The notes beneath the pieces are model-generated. The model searched no databases. It was not told the DNA's origin and saw nothing but the letters and a program-made list of their open reading frames with translations. A stretch of 64,000 bases of DNA. Source: a candidate division FCPU426 bacterium. Lineage in GTDB: Bacteria > Oederibacteriota > Muellerivitia > Muellerivitales > Muellerivitaceae. Shown piece after piece: positions 17,392 through 25,775 of the stretch; the stretch's first letter is position 1; the number at the start of each line of letters is the position of its first letter. The position numbers and the translations under genes are program-made. The stretch lies in NCBI GenBank assembly GCA_003136635.1, contig PLFD01000055.1, forward strand, positions 346 to 64,345, read 5' to 3'.

Positions 17392-17406
17392 TGGCACATC
17401 CCTTGC
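17392..17406 (+). promoter_or_regulatory. sigma-54 (-24/-12) promoter TGGCAC-N5-TTGC upstream of mcp
   Basis: cTTGGCACATCCCTTGCTt matches TGGCAC-N5-TTGCW. It lies 120 nt upstream of the mcp start. Confidence 0.7.
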
Positions 17407-17525
17407 TTTAATTACTCAAAGAAGCATTTTGTAATTAACCTCAATGAAAATCTTCAAATTAGAGTTTTGAGGTCGTTTTTCTGGAATCCCAAATGTTTGA
17501 ACTACGCCCCATCAGGAGATGAACC

Positions 17526-19499
17526 ATGTTTGAAAATATCAAAATTAGCATCAAGTTAATCGGGGGTTATTTAATTGTTTTGGCCATTCTGGCAGTCATG
17601 GCAGTCATGTCCTTTGCGGGCATGAAGACTTTGAATGACAACAGTAACGCAATGTATCAAGAACACTTGAAACCTCTCGCCAGTTTAAATAACGCCTATA
17701 CCCTTTTTTATTTTGTCCGAGGTAATTTGTATAAATATGTTCTTGTCCCGCAAGACAGGGAATGGTCCAAAAACCAAATCAAGGACGAATTGGAAACCAT
17801 TGACGCGGATATGGAAGTTTTTCGCCATAAAAAGCTTACAAATGAGGAACAAAATAACCTAAAGAATCTCGACGACCAAATGAAACTCTATCGAAAAGAT
17901 ATTGATGACAGTATGGCATTGGTCAACGCCGGTAAAATTCAAAAGGTCACGACACTTTTAGTTCATGGTGGAAAAATTTCAAAGACATGCGACGCGATTG
18001 ATGAAGCTTTTTCTCAGCTTAACGTTGTTAACGACAAACTCGCGGAACAAAGTTATAAGGACTCAAGCGCTATGTTTTCGCGCGCGACCACTTTGAACCT
18101 GATCGCGGCCTTGATAGCGATCGCTTTGTCATTGATGATGGGATTTTTTCTCTCCAGGTCCATCACTGTTCCGCTTGATCGGTGCGTCAAGATGATCCAA
18201 GAGATGAGCCTGGGCCATTTGAAAAACCGGCTTAATATTCATGCGAAAGATGAAGTGGGTGTGTTGGCCCAGAATATGGACCGGTTCGCCGATGAGTTGC
18301 AGAATGTCGTTATTGGAACCATGAAGAAAATCTCCGAGGGCGATCTTTCTTCGCAAATCGCGGCCAAAGACAGCCGGGATGAGATATCACCCGCGCTCCA
18401 AGGAACGATCGCGAACTTGAAGGCGCTGATCGCGGATGCCAACTTGTTGTGTCAAGCGGCTTTGGACGGCGATTTGTCCCGACGGGCTAATGCCAATAGT
18501 CACAAAGGTGATTATCGTAAAGTTATTCAAGGTTTCAATGAAACTCTCGACGCAGTGATTGGTCCCATTAACGAAGCCGCTTTAGTGCTGGAGCAAGTGG
18601 CGAAACGTGACCTGACGGTTCGGGTCAAAGGCGACTATGCGGGCGATCACGCTAAAATCAAAGAATCGATTAATTTGGCGGTGGACAACTTAGACAAGGG
18701 CCTTATCCAAGTCGCTCAGAATACCCAGACCTTGGCCTCCGCTTCTGAAGAACTGAGCACAATTGGCCATGAAATGAGCCAAAACGCAGAAAAAAATTCA
18801 AGTCAATCCAATGTGGTTTCGGCCGCGGCCGAACAGGTAAGCACGAATATTCGGATGGTGGCCGCCGCCGCCGAACAACTGAATGCCAGCATTAAAGAAA
18901 TTGCCAAAAACGCCGCGGAAGCGGCTCTCGTGGCGGAGCACGCGGTCCAGTCGATTGAAATAACGAATGTTACGGTGAGTAAGCTGGGTGACAGCAGTGC
19001 TGAGATTGGTAATGTGGTTAAAGTGATTACGTCGATTGCCCAGCAAACGAATCTATTGGCTTTAAACGCCACTATTGAGGCCGCCCGAGCGGGAGAAGCG
19101 GGTAAAGGGTTCGCGGTAGTGGCTAATGAAGTTAAAGAGTTGGCCAAAGAAACGGCCAAGGCTACTGAAGATATCAGCTTGAAAATCGAGACCATACAGG
19201 GTGATACCAAAGCGGCGGTGTCGGCCATTTCGGAGATCAGCGGCATTATCAAGCAGATCAATGAATTTCAGGCCAGTATCGCCAGCGCGGTGGAAGAACA
19301 GAGCGCGACCACCAATGAGATTGGTCGAAATGTGACTGAAGCCGCCAAAGGAAGTACTGATATCGCGGAAAATATTACGGGTGTGGCGCAAACGGCTCGA
19401 AATACAGCCAGCGGCGCGAGCGACAGTCAAAAAGCCTCCGCTGAACTTTCGAATTTGGCGGTTGGACTTCAAAAATTGGTCGCCCAGTTTAAATACTGA
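17526..19499 (+). CDS. mcp: methyl-accepting chemotaxis protein
   Basis: Two TM segments flanking a helical sensor, HAMP-like repeats, and a highly conserved signalling hairpin ([37 protein letters not shown]). Confidence 0.9.
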   Translation: MFENIKISIKLIGGYLIVLAILAVMAVMSFAGMKTLNDNSNAMYQEHLKPLASLNNAYTLFYFVRGNLYKYVLVPQDREWSKNQIKDELETIDADMEVFRHKKLTNEEQNNLKNLDDQMKLYRKDIDDSMALVNAGKIQKVTTLLVHGGKISKTCDAIDEAFSQLNVVNDKLAEQSYKDSSAMFSRATTLNLIAALIAIALSLMMGFFLSRSITVPLDRCVKMIQEMSLGHLKNRLNIHAKDEVGVLAQNMDRFADELQNVVIGTMKKISEGDLSSQIAAKDSRDEISPALQGTIANLKALIADANLLCQAALDGDLSRRANANSHKGDYRKVIQGFNETLDAVIGPINEAALVLEQVAKRDLTVRVKGDYAGDHAKIKESINLAVDNLDKGLIQVAQNTQTLASASEELSTIGHEMSQNAEKNSSQSNVVSAAAEQVSTNIRMVAAAAEQLNASIKEIAKNAAEAALVAEHAVQSIEITNVTVSKLGDSSAEIGNVVKVITSIAQQTNLLALNATIEAARAGEAGKGFAVVANEVKELAKETAKATEDISLKIETIQGDTKAAVSAISEISGIIKQINEFQASIASAVEEQSATTNEIGRNVTEAAKGSTDIAENITGVAQTARNTASGASDSQKASAELSNLAVGLQKLVAQFKY

Positions 19500-19521
19500 A
19501 ATCGCGACTCGGGGGACAGCT

Positions 19522-21684
19522 ATGGATGGAATGGATGAAATAATTAAAGAGTTCTTGATCGAGTCTACGGAAAATCTCGATAAGTTAGACAGGGATTTTG
19601 TCGCCCTAGAAAAAAATCCAAAGGATAAAGAGCTTTTATCCTCCATTTTCCGCGTGGTTCATACTATTAAAGGAACTTGTGGGTTTTTGGGGTTTCAAAA
19701 ACTCGAATCAGTTGCTCATGCAGGCGAAAATATTTTAGGAAAATTACGCGATGGTCAATTAGCTATGAACGAGAGCCGCACTAACGCTTTGCTGGCCCTG
19801 GTAGACGCGCTACGAAAGATGCTGGTTGAAATTGAAAAAACTGGAAAAGACGAAAAGGGCAACTACGACCGTCTCATTTCAACACTCACCCTTTTATCGG
19901 AAGTCAATGACTCGGTGAAAACCACGGTGGTACCTGCCCTAGAAGAAGCTTCCGAAACGGCAAATCGGACAGGGGAATCTGCGGGCGTCTCCGAAACCGC
20001 GATTCGTGTGGATGTAAGTCTTTTGGATCGGTTGATGAATCTGGTAGGCGAGCTGGTTCTGGCCCGTAATCAGATTCTTCAATTTAGTACCGCGCAGGAA
20101 GGCGCTGGTTTGGGCAGCGCGCCTCAACGCTTAAGCTGGATCACTTCCGAACTGCAAGAGGGCATTATGAAAACCCGTATGCAGCCCATTGGAAATGTGT
20201 GGGGAAAATTTCCCCGAGTGGTTCGCGATTTGGAAGCGGCCTGTGGCAAAAAAATCCGCTTGGAAATGGAGGGGAAGGAAACCGAGCTGGACAAGACAGT
20301 CATTGAGGCCATCAAAGATCCCCTGACCCACATCGTTCGAAATTCAGTCGATCACGGTATTGAAAGTCCCGAAAAAAGGCGTGAGGCCGGTAAAAATGAA
20401 GAGGGTTTATTAAGTCTCAAGGCTTATCACGAAGGCGGTCAAGTTCACATTGAAATTACGGATGACGGAGGTGGAATTTCCCCCGAAAAAATCCGTGATA
20501 AGGCTTTATCCAAGGGTCTTATTAGTCCGGAAGTCGCAAGACAAATGAGTGAACGGGATTTGCTCAATCTGATTTTTTTGCCGGGATTCTCAACGGCGGA
20601 AAAAGTCACCCATATTTCAGGCCGCGGGGTCGGCATGGATGTGGTGAAGTTCAATATTGAGAGCATTAACGGCGTGATTGATATTCAAAGTAAACCGGGA
20701 CTGGGAACCACACTTAAGATCAAAATACCTCTGACTTTGGCGATTATACCGGCCTTGATGGTGAGTTCCCAAAATAACCGCTATGCGATTCCTCAGATTA
20801 ATCTATTGGAACTGGTGCGGTTGGAGGGGGTGAAAGTTCAAACCGAGATACAGCTTGTTCACGGCGCGCCCATTTATCAATTGCGCGGCCATCTTCTTCC
20901 ACTGATTTTCTTGAATCAAGAACTGGAGGTTTCCAATAGCCTTGATACCGTTCATAACAGCTTAAATATAGTGGTGTTGAAAGCCGGCGATCATCAGTTT
21001 GGTTTGGTGGTGGATGAGGTGAATGATACGCAGGAAATAGTGGTTAAACCACTCCATCAGATACTCCGTCATGTGGACGCTTTCGCGGGCGCGACCATTC
21101 TGGGGGATGGAAGCGTTGCTCTCATTTTGAATGTGATGGGCTTGGTCAAAAAGGCTCATCTCATTTCGGCTAATTTGGAGCAAGCCAAAATCGAAAAAGC
21201 GCCGGTTATAGAAATTGACACAAGAGATAAACAAATGCTTCTGTTGGTGAAAGCGGGATACACGGACCATATGGCTGTCCCGATGAAACAATTGGAACGA
21301 ATTGAAAAACTGGACGGTTCTCTGGTGGAAAAGGCGGGGGATCACGACGTGATTCAGTACAGGGGAAAGATCATGCCTTTGATCCACATTGGATCTGTTT
21401 TGCCCGAACGCCGCAAGAAACCCCGCCAGATTGTGGAACCCAGTGTGTATGAAAACAAAGCGTTGATCTACGCGGCGGTTTACACAAAAAATGGTCGCAG
21501 TATCGGTTTTGTGGTCGACCGTGTTTATGACGTAGTGGAAGTAATAGTGGAAATTAAAGACGTTATTCGGCGCGAGGGCGTGCTGGGGACTACTGTTATT
21601 CAAGGTAATGTCACGGAAATTCTGGACGTGGATTGGATTCTTAAGCTGGCGCCGCCAGGATTTTTTGATTCCGCGGTGGCATGA
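19522..21684 (+). CDS. cheA: chemotaxis histidine kinase CheA (with two C-terminal CheW-like domains)
   Basis: Hpt box HTIKGTCGFLG, HATPase blocks, then two CheW-like segments. Start set at ATG 19522 (MDGMDEIIKEF), just after the mcp stop. Confidence 0.9.
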   Translation: MDGMDEIIKEFLIESTENLDKLDRDFVALEKNPKDKELLSSIFRVVHTIKGTCGFLGFQKLESVAHAGENILGKLRDGQLAMNESRTNALLALVDALRKMLVEIEKTGKDEKGNYDRLISTLTLLSEVNDSVKTTVVPALEEASETANRTGESAGVSETAIRVDVSLLDRLMNLVGELVLARNQILQFSTAQEGAGLGSAPQRLSWITSELQEGIMKTRMQPIGNVWGKFPRVVRDLEAACGKKIRLEMEGKETELDKTVIEAIKDPLTHIVRNSVDHGIESPEKRREAGKNEEGLLSLKAYHEGGQVHIEITDDGGGISPEKIRDKALSKGLISPEVARQMSERDLLNLIFLPGFSTAEKVTHISGRGVGMDVVKFNIESINGVIDIQSKPGLGTTLKIKIPLTLAIIPALMVSSQNNRYAIPQINLLELVRLEGVKVQTEIQLVHGAPIYQLRGHLLPLIFLNQELEVSNSLDTVHNSLNIVVLKAGDHQFGLVVDEVNDTQEIVVKPLHQILRHVDAFAGATILGDGSVALILNVMGLVKKAHLISANLEQAKIEKAPVIEIDTRDKQMLLLVKAGYTDHMAVPMKQLERIEKLDGSLVEKAGDHDVIQYRGKIMPLIHIGSVLPERRKKPRQIVEPSVYENKALIYAAVYTKNGRSIGFVVDRVYDVVEVIVEIKDVIRREGVLGTTVIQGNVTEILDVDWILKLAPPGFFDSAVA

Positions 21685-22136
21685 AGGAGCAATGGATGAG
21701 TCAGGAACAAAAGTTTTGCACCTTTATTGTGGATCAATATTTTTTTGGGATCGAAATATCTCGTGTCCAGGAAGTCATCCGATATCAAGAAATGACAGAC
21801 GTGCCTCTGGCACATCCGGTGATTCGGGGACTTATTAATTTGCGTGGTCAAATTGTGACAACGCTTGACCTGAGACGGCGTTTGGGCTTTCCTCCGCTTA
21901 AAGCCGGACGTTTTCCAATGAATGTGGTGATTCGGGCCGAAGATGGCCCTCTTAGTCTTCTGGTCGATGAGATCAGTGATGTCATGGACGTCTCGGAGGA
22001 TTGGTTTGAAAATCCGCCGGAAAATTTGAACGGGGAGACGCGCGCCATGATTCACCATGTTTGCAAACTGAAAGACAGGCTCCTGTTGATTCTTGATGTC
22101 GAACAGTTGTTAAATCTGGAAGTGGCAAAAACATAA
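21681..22136 (+). CDS. cheW: chemotaxis coupling protein CheW
   Basis: FGIEISRVQEVI...LINLRGQIVTTLDLRRRLG. ATGA overlap with cheA. Confidence 0.9.
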   Translation: MKEQWMSQEQKFCTFIVDQYFFGIEISRVQEVIRYQEMTDVPLAHPVIRGLINLRGQIVTTLDLRRRLGFPPLKAGRFPMNVVIRAEDGPLSLLVDEISDVMDVSEDWFENPPENLNGETRAMIHHVCKLKDRLLLILDVEQLLNLEVAKT

Positions 22137-22162
22137 TAAAGTTTCACAATAGAGAAGGTTCG

Positions 22163-22187
22163 TTCCAAAACTGTACGAAACAACCAA
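22163..22187 (+). promoter_or_regulatory. upstream dyad element TTCGT-N11-ACGAA, copy 2
   Basis: Same motif and the same 94-nt spacing to the promoter as copy 1. Confidence 0.55.
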
Positions 22188-22256
22188 TGTTTAGGCGCGA
22201 TTTCCTGTTTTTTCCTTCAAAAACGCCCCGATTTTTTCAAAATTCAATGAAACTCT

Positions 22257-22271
22257 TGGCATATCCCTTGC
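22257..22271 (+). promoter_or_regulatory. sigma-54 promoter TGGCAT-N5-TTGC upstream of cheY
   Basis: cTTGGCATATCCCTTGCTt. About 125 nt of flanking sequence aligns without gaps to the mcp promoter region. Confidence 0.65.
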
Positions 22272-22337
22272 TTAACTTTAATGAGAGGCGTGGTTGGATT
22301 TAACTTTAAGGAGATTTTCAAAAAAGGAGGTTTAAAA

Positions 22338-22709
22338 ATGAAGGCACTGATAGTGGATGATTCGAGGGCGATGCGGCTGATTATCGGAAAAATCCTGACC
22401 GAAATCGGTTTTGAGATCATTGAGGCCAAAGACGGTGCGGAAGCTATGAAGTATTTCGACGGCACGGGCCAGGTAGATTTGGCTTTAGTTGATTGGAATC
22501 TTCCCAATATGAACGGCTTAGAACTGATTACCTATATTCGGTCCAATCCACTCAACAACGATATTTGCGTCATTATGTGCACATCGGAAACCGAGAAATC
22601 CCGTGTGACCGACGCTTTAAGCGCGGGAGCCAACGAATATGTCATGAAGCCTTTTACTCGTGATGTCATGCTGGCCAAGCTCGAGTTGCTCGGTATGGTT
22701 AGGAGTTGA
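22338..22709 (+). CDS. cheY: response regulator CheY
   Basis: MKALIVDDS...DWNLPNMNG...KPF receiver. Start set at ATG 22338, behind AAGGAGG. Confidence 0.9.
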   Translation: MKALIVDDSRAMRLIIGKILTEIGFEIIEAKDGAEAMKYFDGTGQVDLALVDWNLPNMNGLELITYIRSNPLNNDICVIMCTSETEKSRVTDALSAGANEYVMKPFTRDVMLAKLELLGMVRS

Positions 22710-22710
22710 T

Positions 22711-23811
22711 ATGGCTAGGATCCGCGTTCTCATTGTGGACGACGCGGTAGTTATCCGGCGTCTTCTACACAATATCCTGTCGATCGATCCGGCGTTGGAG
22801 GTGGTGGGTTCGGCACCCGGGGGAAAAATCGCCCTCGCCCGCATCCCCCAGCTGAATCCGGACGTGATTATCCTGGATGTTGAAATGGCTGAGATGGACG
22901 GACTACAGACTCTCAGGGAAATCCGAAAAATTTATCCCCGTCTGCCGGTAATCATGTTCAGCGCCCACACAGCTAAAGGCGCGGCTGCCACTATTGACGC
23001 GTTGCTTTTAGGGGCCACCGATTATGTGACCAAACCTTCTAACGCGGATAGTCTGGACGCGGCCATAGAGTCGGTTCGGGAAAATCTTCTGCCCAAGATT
23101 AAACAGTTTCAGCCATTGATTAAGCAATCCACCCTTGAAAAAAGTCCGATCAGTGTTTCTGCCCCCGAAAAAAAAACATTGGTAAGAAAATCTGGCCGTA
23201 TAGATGTAGTGGCCATCGGAGTTTCGACGGGAGGCCCCAACGCACTGGCAGTTGTGCTACAGAAGATTCCACGGGATTTTCCGGTTCCAGTTCTGCTGGT
23301 TCAGCATATGCCGCCTCTTTTTACCAAAACCTTCGCGGAGAGGCTGGATAGTTTGTGCGCCATCGAAGTGAAAGAAGCCAAGGGTGGAGAGTTTTTGAAG
23401 CCTGGGTGTGCCTGGCTGGCTCCCGGGGATTTTCATCTGACTCTGAAGAAAGCTCCTGATGGAATCAGTTTGAAATTGAACCAGGACACGCCTGAAAATT
23501 TCTGCAGACCCTCTGTGGATACAACCTTCCGATCGGCGGCCGAAATTTATCAAGGTCATTGTCTAGGAGTGGTGATGACTGGAATGGGTCGGGACGGGCT
23601 CCGGGGCAGCGAATGCATCTACGAATTGGGTGGACAGGTTATCGTTCAGGATAAGGAAAGCAGCGTGGTTTGGTCTATGCCGCAGGCAGTCGTCAATGCG
23701 GGGTTGGCTGATCAGATTGTGAAACTGGATAATTTGGGTGAAGAAATCGTGAATCGGGTCAAAAAAAGTCAATTGTCCAGCGCAGTCCCATTTGGAGCAA
23801 CTCATGATTAA
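22711..23811 (+). CDS. cheB: protein-glutamate methylesterase CheB
   Basis: REC domain plus the methylesterase domain (GVSTGGP, DGLRG blocks). Start at ATG 22711. Confidence 0.9.
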   Translation: MARIRVLIVDDAVVIRRLLHNILSIDPALEVVGSAPGGKIALARIPQLNPDVIILDVEMAEMDGLQTLREIRKIYPRLPVIMFSAHTAKGAAATIDALLLGATDYVTKPSNADSLDAAIESVRENLLPKIKQFQPLIKQSTLEKSPISVSAPEKKTLVRKSGRIDVVAIGVSTGGPNALAVVLQKIPRDFPVPVLLVQHMPPLFTKTFAERLDSLCAIEVKEAKGGEFLKPGCAWLAPGDFHLTLKKAPDGISLKLNQDTPENFCRPSVDTTFRSAAEIYQGHCLGVVMTGMGRDGLRGSECIYELGGQVIVQDKESSVVWSMPQAVVNAGLADQIVKLDNLGEEIVNRVKKSQLSSAVPFGATHD

Positions 23812-24646
23812 TGGAACCAGTTCCCCTCTCTTATCTGTTGATTTCGACTACGTGCGTCAAATGATGTTTGACTATTCCTCGGTGGTATTGGAAGCGGGGA
23901 AGGAATATCTGGTGGAGGCGCGGCTTCTTTCGATAGTCCAGGAAAGAGAAATGAATTCTTTAGGTGAATTGGTCGAGGCGCTGAGGAAAAAATCCTCCAA
24001 TAAGCTTCGTCAAGAAGTGGTGGAAGCCATGTTGACGAACGAAACCTCATTCTTCAGGGACGTGAAGCCTTTTGAATCCATTCGGGAGTTCGTATTACCC
24101 GATCTCATTTCCAAACGATCGGCGGAACGAACTTTAAATATCTGGTGTGCGGCTTGTTCCGGAGGTCAGGAAATCTATAGTTTTTTGATGCTCATAAAAG
24201 AGTATTTTCCCATTTTGGAAGGTTGGAAACTAAAGGTCATCGCTAGCGACCTCTCTCTGCGGATGTTGGAAAAGGCGAAACGGGGGATTTACTCCCAATT
24301 GGAAGTGAACCGGGGTTTGCCCGCCGCTTATCTGGTGAAATATTTTGAGAAGGTGGGGTTGGAGTGGGAAATCCATGAAAATTTTAGAAAATCCATTGAG
24401 TTTCTTTCGGTGAATTTAGGTAGCTCTTGGCCAGCCTTACCTGTCATGGATCTTATCTTAATGAGGAATGTCATGATTTATTTTGATGTTAAAACCAAAA
24501 AACGAGTTTTAAATCAGGCGGCGGAATTGATGAATTCGGATGGATATCTTTTTCTGGGTGGTGTCGAAAGCACAATCAATTTGGCAGATCAATTTGAAAT
24601 CGTCTCCTGGAAACAATCCAGTTGTTACCGGCCGAACCGCGTTTGA
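23792..24646 (+). CDS. cheR: chemotaxis methyltransferase CheR
   Basis: TSFFRD and the SAM-binding IWCAACSGGQEIYS block. An alternative start at 23804 overlaps the cheB stop. Confidence 0.9.
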   Translation: MEQLMINGTSSPLLSVDFDYVRQMMFDYSSVVLEAGKEYLVEARLLSIVQEREMNSLGELVEALRKKSSNKLRQEVVEAMLTNETSFFRDVKPFESIREFVLPDLISKRSAERTLNIWCAACSGGQEIYSFLMLIKEYFPILEGWKLKVIASDLSLRMLEKAKRGIYSQLEVNRGLPAAYLVKYFEKVGLEWEIHENFRKSIEFLSVNLGSSWPALPVMDLILMRNVMIYFDVKTKKRVLNQAAELMNSDGYLFLGGVESTINLADQFEIVSWKQSSCYRPNRV

Positions 24647-24658
24647 AAAGGAAACTCT

Positions 24659-25141
24659 ATGGAATTTCTTGAAGAACAAATTGTCAAAGTCACGGAAGAT
24701 GTTTGGAAAAGAGTGATGGGGCTTGAGATTAAGGTGGCGGATGAGGATGTAGGTTCGGGCGAAAAGGAACTTATTGCGAGCTTCATACAGATTATGGGGT
24801 CCTGGGACGGTACCGTTATTTTGGATTGTGACAAAGAATTTTCACGATTGTTAGCCTCGCTGATTTTTAACATGCCCAAAGAGGAAGTGAGTGATGAGGA
24901 AATTTGGGACGCTTTAGGAGAATTGGTCAATATTATCGCGGGTAATCTGAAGGCTCATCTTCCCCAACCTTGCTACATTTCATTGCCGGCGACGGTTGGT
25001 GGATGGGATTACATGCTTCGTTTTCCAGGCAGTCATGAAGTCAGTCAAGTTGTCTTTGAGTGTGGGTTTCAATTTTTTGGGGTGACGCTTCTCAAGCAAG
25101 GAGAAAGCGCGCCTTTTACTAAAGTGGTGAAGCATTCTTAA
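24659..25141 (+). CDS. CheX/CheC-family CheY-P phosphatase-like protein, paralogue 1
   Basis: DALGELVNIIAGNLKAHLPQP fits the E-x2-N...P motif of the CheC/CheX/FliY family. About 160 aa. Confidence 0.65.
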   Translation: MEFLEEQIVKVTEDVWKRVMGLEIKVADEDVGSGEKELIASFIQIMGSWDGTVILDCDKEFSRLLASLIFNMPKEEVSDEEIWDALGELVNIIAGNLKAHLPQPCYISLPATVGGWDYMLRFPGSHEVSQVVFECGFQFFGVTLLKQGESAPFTKVVKHS

Positions 25142-25177
25142 ACGGTTAGGATGGTTTATTTAAAGAAGGAGGGCGTT

Positions 25178-25663
25178 ATGCAGATTACGGAGGATCAAAT
25201 TGTTATTGTGACAAAGGACGTCTGGAACACTGTCATGGGTCTTGAAATTAAAACGATTAAAAACGGGGACGCGGAAAAGGATCAAAAAAGAGTCGCGAGT
25301 TTCATCCAGATTATGGGTAATTGGGAGGGATCGATCATTTTGGATTGTACCCAGCATTTATCTAAACTTTTCGCCTCTAAGATGTTTGGTATGCCTTTGG
25401 ATGAGATACGCGATGAGGAAATCATGGACGCTTTGGGAGAACTGATCAATATCGTCGCGGGCAACCTCAGAGCTTTTCTGCCACAACCTTGTCAATTGTC
25501 CCTGCCGGCCGTCATTGACGGCTGGGACTATACTTTGAGTTTTCCCGGAGGCAAGGGTGTTAATCAAATTCTTTTTGAGTGTGGTACGGGGCAATCTTTT
25601 GGAATAACTATTCTCAAACAAAGTGAAAGCGAGCCCTTTTCCAAAGTAGTGAAGCCAACGTGA
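25178..25663 (+). CDS. CheX/CheC-family phosphatase-like protein, paralogue 2
   Basis: Collinear with paralogue 1 (DALGELINIVAGNLRAFLPQP). Start at ATG 25178, behind AAGGAGGG. Confidence 0.65.
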   Translation: MQITEDQIVIVTKDVWNTVMGLEIKTIKNGDAEKDQKRVASFIQIMGNWEGSIILDCTQHLSKLFASKMFGMPLDEIRDEEIMDALGELINIVAGNLRAFLPQPCQLSLPAVIDGWDYTLSFPGGKGVNQILFECGTGQSFGITILKQSESEPFSKVVKPT

Positions 25664-25775
25664 CGAAATGGTTGAATGATAAAGACTTTAACCGGTTAAG
25701 TGTTTAATAAGGATGAAGTGAAAAACGTGGTTAGGAATAAAACGAAAAAAACGCTATTACGTTAATTGGTGAATT

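Noticed and set aside
17438-17480. Hairpin ACCTCAA-N22-TTGAGGT followed by CGTTTTT in the mcp 5' leader (possible attenuator)
   Set aside because: The stem is only 7 bp with a 22-nt loop, the T-run is short, and it is not conserved in the paralogous cheY leader.
18803-19646. 152-aa and 194-aa ORFs antisense to mcp and to the cheA start
   Set aside because: These are shadow ORFs of the Ala/Ser-rich MCP signalling domain, with no independent signals.
20962-22058. 213-aa and 152-aa ORFs antisense to cheA/cheW
   Set aside because: They are antisense to strongly supported genes, and their His/Phe/Asn-rich composition is unlike real proteins.
25688-25699. Perfect 12-bp palindrome TTAACCGGTTAA between cheX2 and the first TPR gene
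   Set aside because: A 12-bp palindrome is expected by chance more than ten times in 64 kb, and nothing supports it.
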